Origin: Ginglymostoma cirratum
Taxonomy: Eukaryota
Direction: 5' to 3'
Assembly (NCBI GenBank): GCA_024137785.1
Contig: JAHRHZ010000019.1
Coordinates: forward strand, 47,517,835 to 47,581,834
DNA length: 64,000 bases
The position numbers and the translations under genes are program-made. Below, piece after piece: positions 25,645 to 38,640 of this stretch. The notes beneath the pieces were generated by a model. The model saw only the letters and a list, made by a program, of their open reading frames with translations, searched no databases and was not told the origin of the DNA. The first letter of the stretch is position 1. Every line of letters starts with the position of its first letter.

Positions 25645-28600
25645 CATGTGGCTAAAGAGATGGTGTGAGGGGGAAGGTTTCAGATTCCTGGGGCATTGAG
25701 ACCAGTTCTAGGGTGATGGGGCTAGTACAAACTGGACAGGTTACACCTGGGCAGGACCAGGACTGATGCCCTAGAGAGAGTATTTGCCAGAATGGTTGGG
25801 GTGTGTTCAAACTAAATAAGCAGGAGGACGGGAACCTATACATGGAGTCAGAAGAAGGGAAATCAAGGACAACAAAAGACAGAAATGAGAATAAGAGAAG
25901 TAAAAGGCAGAGGAATCAAGACTCAGACTCAAACAAGTGTATAGTTTAAGAAAATTAGAATGGAACAAGAAATGTTAAAAAGACAAGCTTTAAGGCTTTG
26001 TGTCTGAATGCACAGAGCATTCAAAATGAAGTGGATGAATTAATTACGCAAATGGATGTAAAAGGGTATGACATAGTTAGGATTACAGAGACATGGTTGC
26101 AGGGTGACCGGGGTAGGAACTGAATTTCCAGATGTATTCAGTATTTAGGAAAGACAGACAAAAAGGAAAAGGCAGTGAAGTTGTATTGCTGGTTAAAGAG
26201 GACATAAACACAATATTGAGGAAAAATATTAGCTTAGACATTGCAGAATCAGTGTGGGTAGAACTGAGAAGTACCAAGATGTTGAGAATGACATTCAACA
26301 AGAAATCAGAGAAGCATGCACGGAGGGACAGGTATAATTTAGAACCATAAAATTCCTACAATGTGGAAGCAAGATCAATTACCCCATCGAGTCCACACTG
26401 ATCTTCCAAGGAGCATCCCAGCTGGGCCCACCACCCACCCCACCTGTAAACCCTGCATTTCCCATGGTTAATCCACCTAACCAGCACATCTCTGGACTGC
26501 GGGAGAAAACCAGAACACAGGTGTTGGGAGAATATGCAAACTCCACACAGGCAGTCTCCCAAAGGTGGAATCAAACCCCAGTGTCTGATGCTATAAGGCA
26601 GCAGCACTAACCACTGAGCCACCATGTCACTGTAGGGGTGACTTTAGTTTGTATGTTGATTGTGCAAATCAAGTTAGTCACAATACCATCAAGGAGGAAT
26701 TCCTAAAGTGTATACAGGATGGATTCCTGGATCAATATATTGAGGAATCAACTTGTGTGCAGGCCATCTTAGATTGGATACTAAGCAATCAGAAAGGAAT
26801 AAGTGGTAATGTAGTTGTGAGAGACCTCTTGGGGATGAGTAATCATGATATGATGGAATTCTTCATCAAGGTGGAAAGAAAGGTGGTTGATTCTGAGACT
26901 AGGGTCCTAAATCTTAATAAGGGAAACTATGATGGGATGAGGCGTGAGTTGGCTATGAATGATTAGGAAATGTTACTGAAAGGAATGAAAGGAAAAGTGG
27001 ATAGGCAATGGCAAACGTTCAAACAGCAAAGGTGTGAATTACAAAGATTGTTTATTCCTGTCTGGTACAAGAGTGTAAAGATAACTGTGGCCAAACCATT
27101 GCTTACGGGACAAGTTAGAGATTTTATGAGATGCAAAAAAAAGAGGGATAGAAATTGGCAAGAAAAACAATAGACTTGAGGAATGGGAACAGTTTAGAAG
27201 CAAATGAGGACCAAGGGATTGATTAAGAAGGGGAAAATTGAGTATGAGAGGAAGCTTACGGGAAACATAAGAAATAACTATAAAAGCTTTTGTAGGTATG
27301 TGAAGGGAAAAAGATTGGTGAAAACTAATATAGGTCCCTTACAGACAGAAATGCGGGAGTTTATAATGGGAAATGAAAAATGGCTGATGAATTAAATTCA
27401 TATGTGGCTTCTGTATTCACAAAGGAATAACGTATCAGAAATGATGAGGAACACAGAGTTTAGTGAGAGAGAGGAACTGAGGCAAATCGGTATTAGTAGA
27501 GAAATAGAGCTGGAGAAATTAATGGGATTGAAGGCTGATAAATCCCCAGGGCTTGATTATTTGCATTCCAGAGTACTTAAGGAAGTGGTCTTAGAAATAG
27601 TTGATGCACTGGTGGTCATTTCCCGAGATCCATTCGACTCTGGAACAGTTCCTACAGATTGGAGGTAGCTAATGTAACCCCACTATTTAAAAAGAGAGGT
27701 AGAGAGAAACAGAAAATTTTAGATTAGAGAGTCAGTAATGGGGAAGATACTAGAGTACATAATCGAGGATTTTATAGCAGAGAACTTAGAAAACAGTGGT
27801 AAAAATAGCATGGATTTACAAAAGGGAAATCATTCTTGAGAAATCTACTGGAATTCTTTGAGGACATAACTAGTGGAGTTTATTGGAGGAGCCAGTAGAT
27901 GTGGCTTGTTTGGACTTTCAGAAGACTTTCGACAAAGTCCCACATAAGAGATTAATGTGTAAAATTAAAGTGCATGTGATTAGTTGGTGTATTGAGGTGG
28001 ATAGAAAATTGGTTAGCAAACAGGAAACAAAGACTAGGAATAAAGGAGATCTTTTTCTGAAAGGCAGGCAACATCTAGTGTGCTACCATAAGGAATGGTA
28101 CTAGGACCTTAGCTATTTGCAATGCACGTTAATGATTTAGATGAGGGAACTAAAATGTAATGTCTCAGCATTTGGAGATGACACAAAGCTGAGTGGAATG
28201 GAGAGCTGTGCGGAAAATGCAGAGATGTTGCAATGTGATTTGGACAGGCTGAGAGAGCGGGCAGATGCATGGTAGATCCAGTTTAATGTGGTTAAATGCG
28301 AGGTTATTCACTTTGGTAGCAAAAATAGGAAGGCAGATTAATATTTTAGTGGCTGTAAATTAAAACAGGGGAATATTCAATGAGACCTGGATGTCCTTGT
28401 GCACGAGTTCTGAAAGTTAGCGCACAGGTGCACCAGGCAGTAAAGAATGCAAACTGTATGTTGGCTTTCATACTGTGTACAGGAATAAGGATGTCTTGCT
28501 GCAATTATTACAAGGTATTAGTGAGGCCACACTTGGAATATTGTATGCCGTTTTGGCCTCTTTATCTGAGGAAGGATGTTCTTGCTATTGAGGAAGGCAG

Positions 28601-29065
28601 GGCTGACGTATGTGGAGAGATTGAATAGGTTAGGATAATATTCACTGGGGTTTACAAGAATGAGTTGGGGGCGAATCTCATAGAAATCTATGAAATGCTA
28701 ACAGAACAAGACAGGTTAGATACAGGAAGGATGTTTCCAGTTGGAGGAGGCATCGAGAACCAGGAGTTACAGTTTAAGGCTAAGGGATAAACCTTTTAGG
28801 ATTGAGATGAGGAGAAATTTCTTCACATAGTGAGTGGTGAATCTGTGGAATTCGCTACCACAGAAAGTGGCTGAGGCCAAAATATATGTGTTTTCAAGAA
28901 GGAGGTGGATATAGCTGTTGTGGCTAAAGAGATCAAAGGATATGTGGGGGCGAGGGTAGGATTAGAATATTGAGCTCAATGAATAACCATGATTATATTG
29001 AATAGTTGAGCAGGCTCGAAGGGTTGAGCAGCCTACTTCTGCTCCTGTCTTCTATGTTTCTATGT
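25645..29065 (+). mobile_element. Near-full-length decayed CR1 LINE (end of ORF1 esterase, APE endonuclease, RT, 3' tail)
   Basis: GFRFLGH.D and D.LHL (ORF1); CLNAQSI, GITETWL, AILDWIL, GMSNHDMMEF (APE); KSPGLDYLHSRVLKE, LDFQKTFDKVPH, GDDTKL (RT); and a ttctatgtttctatg tail. Many stops and frameshifts. Confidence 0.93.
26340..26628 (-). mobile_element. HE1-type SINE nested in CR1
   Basis: The reverse complement has GACATGGTGGCTCAGTGGTTAGTGCTGCTGCC and the TGTGGAGTTTGCATATTCTCCC core. Confidence 0.85.
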
Positions 29066-30292
29066 CCCTCAGGTATGGAAATATGTTATCCTTGTCCAAT
29101 TCGGCTTACATGTGATTTCAAACCCCTAGCAACATGTTGATTTGTAATTGCCCTCTGAAATGGCCGAGCAAGCCACCCACATTTATTAAATCTCTACAGA
29201 AAAATTGAACAAGAATAAAATCGGATTGACCACTATGCATCAGTCTCAATATTCAAAATGAAAAAGCCACAACCTGCACCTGATTACCCTGCAAAGTCCT
29301 TCTCACTAACATCTGGCGACTTGGCCCATAATGGGGAGAGTTGTCCCACAGGTTGATAAAGTAACAGCCTGACATGCAGTAAACTCTCAGCTTTATAGGG
29401 AATGCATTCCAAGAAAATGTCAGTAGTTGATATTTGAACGGCAAGAATGGCCGACTGTGTACGTTAACTTCCAGGAAACTGCAGATGAGAAAACATTGGA
29501 GTTGCACTATGTGAAAAGGCACACATTAGATATCATTTGGATAAGCAAATGGTGGCAACTGTGATATTCACTCGGGAGGAATAGCCATGAGAGTCATTAA
29601 CATTGACTCCAATCTCCACGAATTCTTGTGCCATCAGGTGAAACACCGACAAGGAATATTTCTGGTGATTACCATCCACTGCTTTCTTCATTTGAAGAAT
29701 CAGTACTCCTACATATTGAACAGCAGTTTGAAGAAGCACTGAGAGTAGCAAGGGCACAGCACATACTCTGGTTGCAGAGTGGCTTTGTTAGAACCACTAT
29801 TGAGACAGGTGGCCAAATCCTGAATGATATTCTGTCAGGTAGAGTCTGTGGCAAGTGGTGAGAAAACCAACAAGAGAAAAAAGCTTTCCTTCAACATCTA
29901 TGTGTGAGAGATGCATCTGTCCACGATAGTATTGGTAACAGTGACCACTGTACAGTCCTTGTGGAGGTAAACCCCATTTTCATACTGAGGACACTGCATT
30001 TTCTTAAGAAGCTCCACTGCATGCCATATAGAACTGATTCAGAACAGATCTATCAGTTCAAAATTAGGCCCCCATGACATGCTGAGCACCACTACATGCA
30101 ATAGAATTAATTAAACCATGATTTTTAGCTTATGGCCCAGCATATACCTCACTAGACACTGGCATCAAGTCAGGAAACTAACAACTTTTTCAATGAGGAG
30201 TGTAGGACAGCATGGCAGTAGAAGTGCTGGCATAATTAAAAGTGAGATGGCAACCTAATGAAGCTGCAAGACAGGAGTGTATGCTAAACAGC
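29065..30292 (+). mobile_element. Second CR1-clade LINE family, 5' leader (SINE-like domain) plus APE region, decayed
   Basis: The leader cttacatgtgatttcaaaccc..gcaacatgttgatttgtaattgccctctg resembles the SINE-2 core. It is followed by TNIW..GELSHRLIK.QPD, ESVLLHIEQQFEEALRVARAQHIL and IGNSDHCTVLV. Confidence 0.7.
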
Positions 30293-30379
30293 CAATGAAG
30301 TATTTTCAAGTGTAGTCAATCTTGTAATGTAACAAATGTGGTAACCAATGTACTTATAGCGTCCAAATGCACCAATGTG

Positions 30380-30600
30380 ATACTGACAATTTTCTTTATG
30401 TGATGCTGACTGAGAGATAAATTTTGGCTAGGACACCAGGGCACTCTGCAGTCATTGAAACAGAGCCATCAATTCTTTTACATTCACCTGAGCAGGTAGA
30501 TGGGACGTTGAGGTTTTAATGGCTTATCCAAAAAACAGTATCTTCAGCACTCCCTCTGTGCTGTATTAGAGTGTTAGTCTTGATTTTGCACTCAAGCCCT
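30380..30600 (-). mobile_element. Old SINE fragment (a related copy lies near 4400-4620)
   Basis: Shared tcttttacattcacctgag...cagcactccctc.gtgctg motif. Confidence 0.45.
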
Positions 30601-33310
30601 TGACCATAAGAAATGGGAGTGGGAGTAGGAGTGGGCTATTTGGCCTCTCAAGTGTACCCTACCATTTTACAAGATTATGGCTGATCCGCCCCAGGTCTCA
30701 GTTACTTTTTCATAGCCCTCAGCTCACCATAGCTGTCAAATCCCTGATATTTCAAAAATCTATCTCTTTAAATTCTTTCAATGTCTAGCCCTCACTGGTT
30801 TCATGGTAGAGACTTCCAGACATTCACTATCCTCTAGGAGAAGAAATTTCTTCACATATCAATTTTAAATGAGTGAACATAGGAACAGGTGTAGGCCATT
30901 CAGCCGCTTGAGCCTGTCCCTTCATTCAATGAGATCATAGCTGATCTGAGTGTCCCTTTATTCTATAACTATGTACCTTAGTTTGGAATTTCCCTCTAAT
31001 GGAAATACCTTTTCAACATCTAATTCATCAAGACTCCTCAGAATCTTGGATGTTTCACAGAATCAATAAAATAATTTCTCATTCTTCCAAATGCCAATGA
31101 ATAAAGACCTAATGTGTTCAGCTATCCTTATAAGTCATCCCCTTCATCCCTTAAATCAGCCTAATGAACGTCAGCCTCTTTGAAATGCCTGCAATGTTTG
31201 CGTATTATTTCTTAAATATGGGAACCGGGACTGTACACAGTACTGCAGGTGCAGTCTCACCAGTGCCTTGTACAGTAACAGGACTTCTCTATTTTTAAAC
31301 ACCAACTTCTGAGCAATAAAGAACAAAGGCAATTATTTGCTTCACCAATCTGATGCTTGTTTGTGTTTCAAGCATAAGAACACCAAATCCCTCAATGCTG
31401 CACTTCTATGGAATCTCTTTTTTAATTCATTTGTGGAATGTGGGCATCATTGACAGTCCAGCATTTGTTGCCCAACCCTAGTGGTCTTTGAGAAGGTGGT
31501 GGTGAGCTGCCATCTTGAAACGCTGTAGTGCACCTATTGTGGGTTGACCCACAATGCCATTAGGGAGGGAAATCCAGGATTTTAACCCCATGACAATGAA
31601 GGAATAGAAGTATATTTCCATGTCAGGATTGTGAGTGGCTTGGAGGGGAACTTGAAGGTGGTTATGTTCCTATGTATCTGCTGTCCTTGCCCTTCTAGGT
31701 GGAGGTGGTCGTGGGTTTGGAAGGTGATGTCTAAGGACCTTTGATGAATTCCTGCAGTGCATCTTGTAGATAGTACACATTGCTGCTACTGAGCGTTGGT
31801 GGTGGAGGGAGTGTATGCTTGTGGATGTAGTGCCAGTCAAGTAGACTGCCCTGTCCTGGATGGTGTCAAGCTTCTTGTTGTTAGGCTGCACTCATCCAGG
31901 CAAGTGGAAAGTATTCCAACACACTCCTAACTTACGCCTTGTAGATGATGGGCAGGCTCTGGGGAGTCAGGAGGTGAGTTAGTCGTCGCAGTATTCCTAG
32001 TCTCTGATCTGCTGTTATAGCCACTGTTTATGTGGCAAATCCAATTGAGTTTCTGATCAATGGTATTCTGCAGGATGTTGATATTGGGGGATTCCATTTA
32101 AACAGTGGTCTGACCTTTGATTACTCCCATCAAGGCACACGACCCCTTACAATTTCTTGTGTTAAAATCCAAATGCCCACTCACTCAACCTATCTACATC
32201 CCCTTGCAGATTCCTAATGTCACAACATCCTTCCCACCTATTTTGGATTATCAGCAAATTTGCGTATATGACACTCTGCTTCCTGCTCCAACTCATTAAT
32301 ATAGATAATAAATAATTGAGACCTTAGATCTAATCCTTGTGGCACTCCACTTATTATGTCTTTCCAACTTGAAAAAGACTCAGTAATCCCAAATCTCTGT
32401 TTTCTGTGTGTTAACCAATTCTCAAGCCATGTTAATATGTCACCCTCCCAGTACTGTGAACTCGTATCTTACACAGTAACCTTTTATATCACACATTATC
32501 AAATGCTTTCTGGAAATCCTAATACACAGCATTTACCAGTTACCCTTTATCAATTATGTTTTTTTATATCCTCAGACAACTCCAGCAAATTTGTAAAACA
32601 TGATTTTCCTTCCGCAAAACCATGTCGACTCTGTTTGATAGTGTTAAGCTTTTCTAAATGTCCTTCTATTTCTTCCTAAATTATCAACTAGCATTTTCCC
32701 AACAACAGATGACTGGCTGACTAGCCTAGAGTTTACTGCAGCCTGTCCCTCTCCCTTCTTGATTAGGGGATACATCAGCAGGTTTCCAATTGGCTAGAAC
32801 CCTCCTGGATCAGTGAGTTCTGGAATATTTAGACCAATGGTTCCACTATCTCTACGGTCACTTCCTTAAAACCTTTGAGTGCAGGCCGTGAGGTCCTGGA
32901 CATCTGTCTGCCTTTAGTCCCATTACTTTGTCAAATATTTTGTCCCTTATGATAGATTGTTACAGGATCTTTCCTCCCATCAGCAGCTTGCTTATCTGCT
33001 ATCTTTTTTCTTCAAATTCAGTTTTCTCCCGCATTATTAGCTTTTTTAGTCATCTGCTGTTAGTTCCTAAAAAAAAGTCCCAACCTTGGTCCTGCCAGTA
33101 CTTTTTTCCACGTTGAATGCCTCAGTTTTTGATTGGATATTATCCTTGACTGCCTTTGTTAATCATGGGTGGCTCATCTTTCTCATTGAATCCTTTTTGA
33201 CTGAAATAGGCTTTACTGAGTGTTATGAAATAACTGATTAAATGTCTGCTGCTACTCATTCACTGATTTTACCTTAGTCTATTTTCTCAGCCCACTTTAG
33301 ACAATTCTTT
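30600..33310 (-). mobile_element. Decayed CR1 LINE pieces (two 3' tails plus RT region)
   Basis: cataagaaat..gagtagg and aacataggaacaggtgtaggccattcagc tails, and ctttctggaaatcc and aaacatgattttcc RT motifs. Confidence 0.8.
31418..32092 (-). mobile_element. Second CR1-clade LINE family, 3' end, nested in CR1
   Basis: Minus ORF KKLDTIQDRAVYLTG...IHSLHHQRSVAAMCTIYKMHC, with the shared GGGCAACAAATGCTGG tail. Confidence 0.85.
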
Positions 33311-35312
33311 CTTCATTCTTTCATTCATTTACTAATTCATTAATTCATTCAATCATTCAGTCTGGTACAGAGAACATCTCTGAACTCTGATATGCAGCAT
33401 TGAACAGTGAATTGTGTTATATTGATGTTGCTTTGTCCTGCCTGAAAGGATCGCTTGTAATGGTATTCAAAGTATATCCTCAACACTGCCTGTTTCAGTA
33501 AATACAAGTTTATTTTCCAAGTACACGGGAGATACAAGTATCTTGGTCAACCCCTGCTGAGTTGTCTGGCCTTCTTTGGTTGGACATTCCTTACAACATA
33601 CAGCTACACAACTTATGGCTGAACAGATAGCGCACACTGCCATGCACCCAGATCACATGCATGCACATGATCGTGTTCTTCTAATTGCTGAAACTGTGAT
33701 TTCTAGCAGCAGTGTTGTAGTGTTCCACCAAGATTGCTTCTGCCAAGCTCATTCTAACTACAGTCTTGAAAATATTGCCTTTACTGTTTATTCAAGTAAA
33801 CAAGCAGTTGCACAATGCTTTTTAGGACAAATGCACTAAGACTATCTTTTGACCCTTATGTTCCCTATTTATAATGTGGAACATCTGCCCTACTTCACTG
33901 CAAGGGCCACAGTCAACTTAATTGCCGCTGGCAAAGGTTCCTTGTCTTGTCCTGAAGCTGCATGCTTGTTTGATGAATTGACAAAGTTCTGTAACCACCT
34001 CCATGGCAAAGCAGTGTTGCTGAAGATAATGCTCTTAACTGAAGTGCAGATAGGAGAGTGCACTTTGAAGAGTACTGCTGACTATTAACAGTCTTCCTCC
34101 CCATTCTCCCAACAGTTCGTCATCTCTGCTGCCTTTTCCCATTTCCGTTGCAACCCAAGGGGAACTGTAACTATAGCCCCATTACTAGAGAAACATCTTC
34201 CTAAGATCCAACACCACTCCTTTATGACTTACAACATAGTATTTCCACTATCTGCACAACAGCAAATAAATATTCAACAGCTGTAATTTGAATGATGGTA
34301 CCTTTAAATAGTTCTACTGAGATGAGGGTCCCTTTCTGTTGTGAAGTTATTTCTCTCTGCATTGAAGTCTTTAAAATTAGGGAATTGTCATGTTTGATCT
34401 GAGGTCATTTGTGTAGTTCCCTTGTGCTTGAACGTATGTTCAATTCAAGGGCATTAACAGAAGCAGTCCAGTCCAAAATCGCAAGATAGACCTTAAATAA
34501 GCATTGAAAATTGACTGACTTCACAATATGCCCACTTCTGACACACACACACGAGACAACCGCACGAATACCCTCACAGTATAGCAATCAGCATGACCCT
34601 CGCTGGAAGTCATTAAGAACAAACATCCTGACATTTTTCTCCTTACCCACTCCCAGAATGCTGAAAACACTGGCAGTACAAAGCAGCATTCTGTGATCAA
34701 GGTATTTTTGTAGTATAGAAAAACCCATTTTGTGCATTGTCTTTTTAAAAACAAATATTTGATTTCCCCTGATGTTGCATAATTCTTGTAAGCACTATCG
34801 CTCTGGTTCTCAGATTGAGTAATGTGAGACAGGACCAAGGCTGAGGACTGAATGTAAGTGTAGAAACAAGAAGAGAGATTAGGAAGATCAGAAAGGAAGA
34901 GGAAGATCACCAAAGAACAAAAAAGCGGGTAGGGTGTGGCTGGGACAGTGGAAATAAAGAGAATGTTAGAAAAGTAATAGAGGTTGAAGGATGGAAGAGG
35001 TGAAGGAACGAGGAGGGAAAGTTAAGTTCAGGCATTGGTTGGACAAGAGAACTAAAATGAGCTGAGCCATAAGTGAGCGTGTGCCTGAATAGCATAATCA
35101 GGTCATATTGCATGCTTTCAATGAGTGGAAATTAGAGGAGAAAAATTCAGCGTTTTTTTTTCTAAGTAGAGGCAGACATTTAATACAAGACAGGGTGGGA
35201 AATCTGGTGACACCAAATTGAACAGGATGAAGGCCCAAGAAAATAAACTGCAACAACTTTATGTAGGTACATTAACATGATAAATTGTCCCAGTACATTT
35301 AATAAGAATGTT

Positions 35313-35397
35313 ACGTCTGTTCTGATGAAGAGTCATCTAGACTTGAAATGTTAACTTGCTGTCATTCCAATGAACATCCCACTGTGATCGCCAGCAT
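35313..35397 (+). repeat. Penelope pLTR fragment with decayed hammerhead core
   Basis: TTCTGATGAAGAGTCATCTAGACTTGAAATGTTAAC. Confidence 0.6.
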
Positions 35398-35742
35398 TTT
35401 TTTTGTTCATTCACAGGATATGGGCATCACTGGCTAGGCAGCATTTATTGCCCATCCTTAGCTGCCCAGAGGGCAGTTAAGAGTCAGCCAAATTGCTCTG
35501 TGTCTGGAGTCACACGTAGGCCAGACCAGGTAAGGATGGCAGTTTCCTTGCCTGAAGGACATTAGTAAACCACATGGGTTTTTCCGACAATCGGCAATGG
35601 ATTCATGGTAATCATTAGACTCTTAATTCCAGATGTCTTTTATTGAATTCAAATTCCTCCATTCGAACCTGGGCGTCCAGAACATTACCTAGGTCTCTGG
35701 ATTAACATCCAAGCGACAATGCCACTAGGCCATTGCCTCTCC
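35398..35742 (-). mobile_element. tRNA-derived SINE family 2 (SacSINE1-like)
   Basis: The reverse complement has GGAGAGGCAATGGCCTAGTGG...CCAGGTTCGAAT and the shared core and tail. Confidence 0.88.
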
Positions 35743-36000
35743 TTGTTGTTTTCTTTACAAAGTAAAGTTAGACACTATTGTATTGGACCCTATTCAGGCA
35801 GATGGCCAGAAGCTTGTACAATGAGTGGATTTTTAAGGATTACCTTAAAGAGGACAAGAGAAGTAGAAAGAGAGAGATGCTTAGTTATGAAATTCCAGAA
35901 TTTAGGGCTTAGGCAGCTGATGTCTGTCACCAATGATGAAGCAATTAAAATTAGGGATGCTCAAGAAGTCAAAATTAGATGAATTAGATATCTTGGAGAG

Positions 36001-37790
36001 TCATAATCATAGATTCATAGAGATAAACAGCACAGAAACAGACCCTTCGGTCCCACTCATTCGTGCCAACCAGGTATCCTAAATTAATCCAGTTCCATTT
36101 GCCAGCATTTGTCCTTTAACCCTTTAAACCCTTCCTATTCATATACCCATCCAGATGTTTTTTAAATGTTGTAATTGTACCAGCATCCACCACTTCCTCT
36201 GGCAGCTCATTTCATACACACACCACCCTCTGTGTGAAAAAGTTGCCCTTTAAGTCTCTTTTAAATCTTTCTCCTCTCACCTTAGACCCTATACCCTCTA
36301 GTTTTGGATTCCCCCACCCCACGGAAAGGACTTTGGATTTACCCTATTCATGTTTCTCATGATTTTATAAACCTCTATAAGGTCACCCCTTAGCCTCTGA
36401 TGCTCCAGGGAAAATAGCCTCAGTCTATTCAGCCTTTCTCTATAGCTCAAACACTCCAACCCTGGTAACATCCTTGTAAATCTTTTCCGAACCCTTTCAA
36501 GTTTAACAACATCTTTCCTATAGCAGGGGGACCAGAATTGAACGCGGTAGTCCAAAAGTGCCTAACAAATGTCCTGTACAGCCACAACATAACCTCTTCA
36601 CTCCTGTCCTCAATGCACTAATCAATAAAAGCAAGTATACCAAACACCTTCTTCACTATCCTATCTACCTGTGACTTTACTTTCAAGAACTGTGAACCTG
36701 CACTCCAAGGTTTCTTTGCTCAGCAACACTCCACAGGACCTTACCATTTAGTGTATAAGTCCTGCCCTGACATGCCTTTCCAAAATGCAGCACCTCACAT
36801 TTACCAAAGTTAAACTCCATCTGCCATCCTCAGCCCTTTGGCCCATCTGATCAAGATCCCATTGTACTCTGAGGTAACCTTCTTCGCTGTCCACTACACC
36901 TCCAAGTTTTGTGTCATCTGCAAACTTACTAACCACACCTCCTGTGTTCACATCCAAATCATTTATATAAATGATGAAAGGCTGTGGACCCAGCACCGAT
37001 CCTTGTGGCACACCACTGATCACAGGCCTTCAGTCTGAAAAACAACCCTCCACCACCACTCTCTGTCTTCAACTTTCAGCCAGTTCTGTATCTAAATAAC
37101 TAGTTCTCTCTCTATTCTGTGTGATCTAAACTTGCTAACCAGTCTACCATATGGAATCTCATCGAGCACCTTACTGAAGTTCACATAGACCATTTCCACC
37201 ACTCTGCCCTCATCAATCCTTTTCGTTACTTCTTCAAAAAAGTCAATTAAGTTAGTGAGACACGATTTTGAATGCACAAAGCCACATTAATTATCCCTAA
37301 TCAGTCCTTGCCTTTCCAAGTACATGTAAATCCTGTCCCTCGCAATTCCCTCCAACAACTTGCCCACCACTGATGTCAAGTTCACTGGTCTGTAGTTCCC
37401 TGGCTTTTCCTTACCACCTTTCTTAAATAGTGTCACTATGTTAACCAACCTCCAGTCTTCTGGCATCCCACAGAGTTCTAGAGTATGCCTGATCAGGTCG
37501 TGGGGATTTATCCACCTTTATGAATTTTAAGATGTCCAGCACCACCTCCTCTGTAATATGGACATTTTTCAAGATGTCGCAACTTATTTCCCCACATTCT
37601 GTATCTTCCATATCCTTCTCCACAGTAAACACTGATGCAAAATATTCATTTGGTATTGCCCCCATTTCTTGTGTTCCATGCATAGGCAGCCTTGCTGATC
37701 TTTAAGGGGACTTATTCTCTCCCCAGTTATCCTTTTGTCCCTAATATATTTGTTGAAATCCTTTGGATTCTCCTTAACACTATTTGCCAA
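36001..37790 (-). mobile_element. CR1 (HER1-like) LINE, 3' half, relatively young
   Basis: SCLTNLIDFFEEVTKRIDEG, GVPQGSVLGP, KFADDTKLGG, LFSLEHQRLRGDLIEVYKIM, and a catagattcatagag tail. Confidence 0.95.
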
Positions 37791-38640
37791 GAGGGTTGTG
37801 AGGCTGGAGGAATAGGGAGAGATAAGGTCAAGGAGGAACTTGAACACAAGATGTGAATGTTAAAATCGAGGAGCTGGTTAAAACCAGGAGCTGGTGTAGG
37901 TCAGCAAGCACAACATGATGGCTGAATGGGAATTGGTATGTGTAAGGATAAAGGTAGCAGAGTTTGAAAAACCTCAAGTGTACAGTAGGTAGAATGTGGA
38001 AGGCTTACTATGAGTGCATTTGCATAATCAAGCATAAAGGTAATGAAGATATGGTTGAGACCTTCAGTAGAAGTCAGGCAGAAACAGAGACAGAGTTGGA
38101 CATTGTTACACAGGTGACAATAAGTGTCTTGCTGATGGCACAGAAGTGTGGTTGGAAGCTCATACAAGGGTCAGCTAAGGGTGCAAACAGTCTGGTTTAG
38201 CATCAAGTTGTTGCCAAGGCAAAAGATGGAGTCACAAGCTCTGGAATCGAGTTTGTTGTAAGTGACTGAATAATGTGGCAACAGCAGAGGAGTTGACAGT
38301 GGTTGTGATGAGATAGAGCAGGTTGTCATCAGGGCATATGTTAAAACAAATGCTATGTTTGCAGAAGATATTGTTGAAGAAGAGCACATGGGAAATAAGA
38401 GGGGACCAAGCTTAGATCCTTGATCCAATGGTCATGAAGAAGTATTGGGTAAAAAACGTTGTTGCGTATGATATGTTGGCAAGAATTAAACAGATGACAA
38501 TTCAACCAGGCAAGTGTTGCCTCGAGAATGACAACAGGGAGGCCCTGATACAGAGTGATGTGGAGAAGGAGTGGGAGAAGAGTTTAATTTTGTTACATTA
38601 TCACCAAAGGTCATTTGATTTTAGAAGTTCTATTAAATAA
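37790..38640 (-). mobile_element. L2 LINE RT and 3' fragment
   Basis: QGSKLGPLLF and LDYANALIVSLPHST motifs. Confidence 0.75.

Noticed and set aside
33540-34310. Minus-strand Cys-rich stretch (CAICSAISCVAVCCKECP) reminiscent of a piggyBac C-terminal domain
   Set aside because: No TTAA-bounded TIRs and no convincing DDD motifs found by eye. It would need an HMM search.
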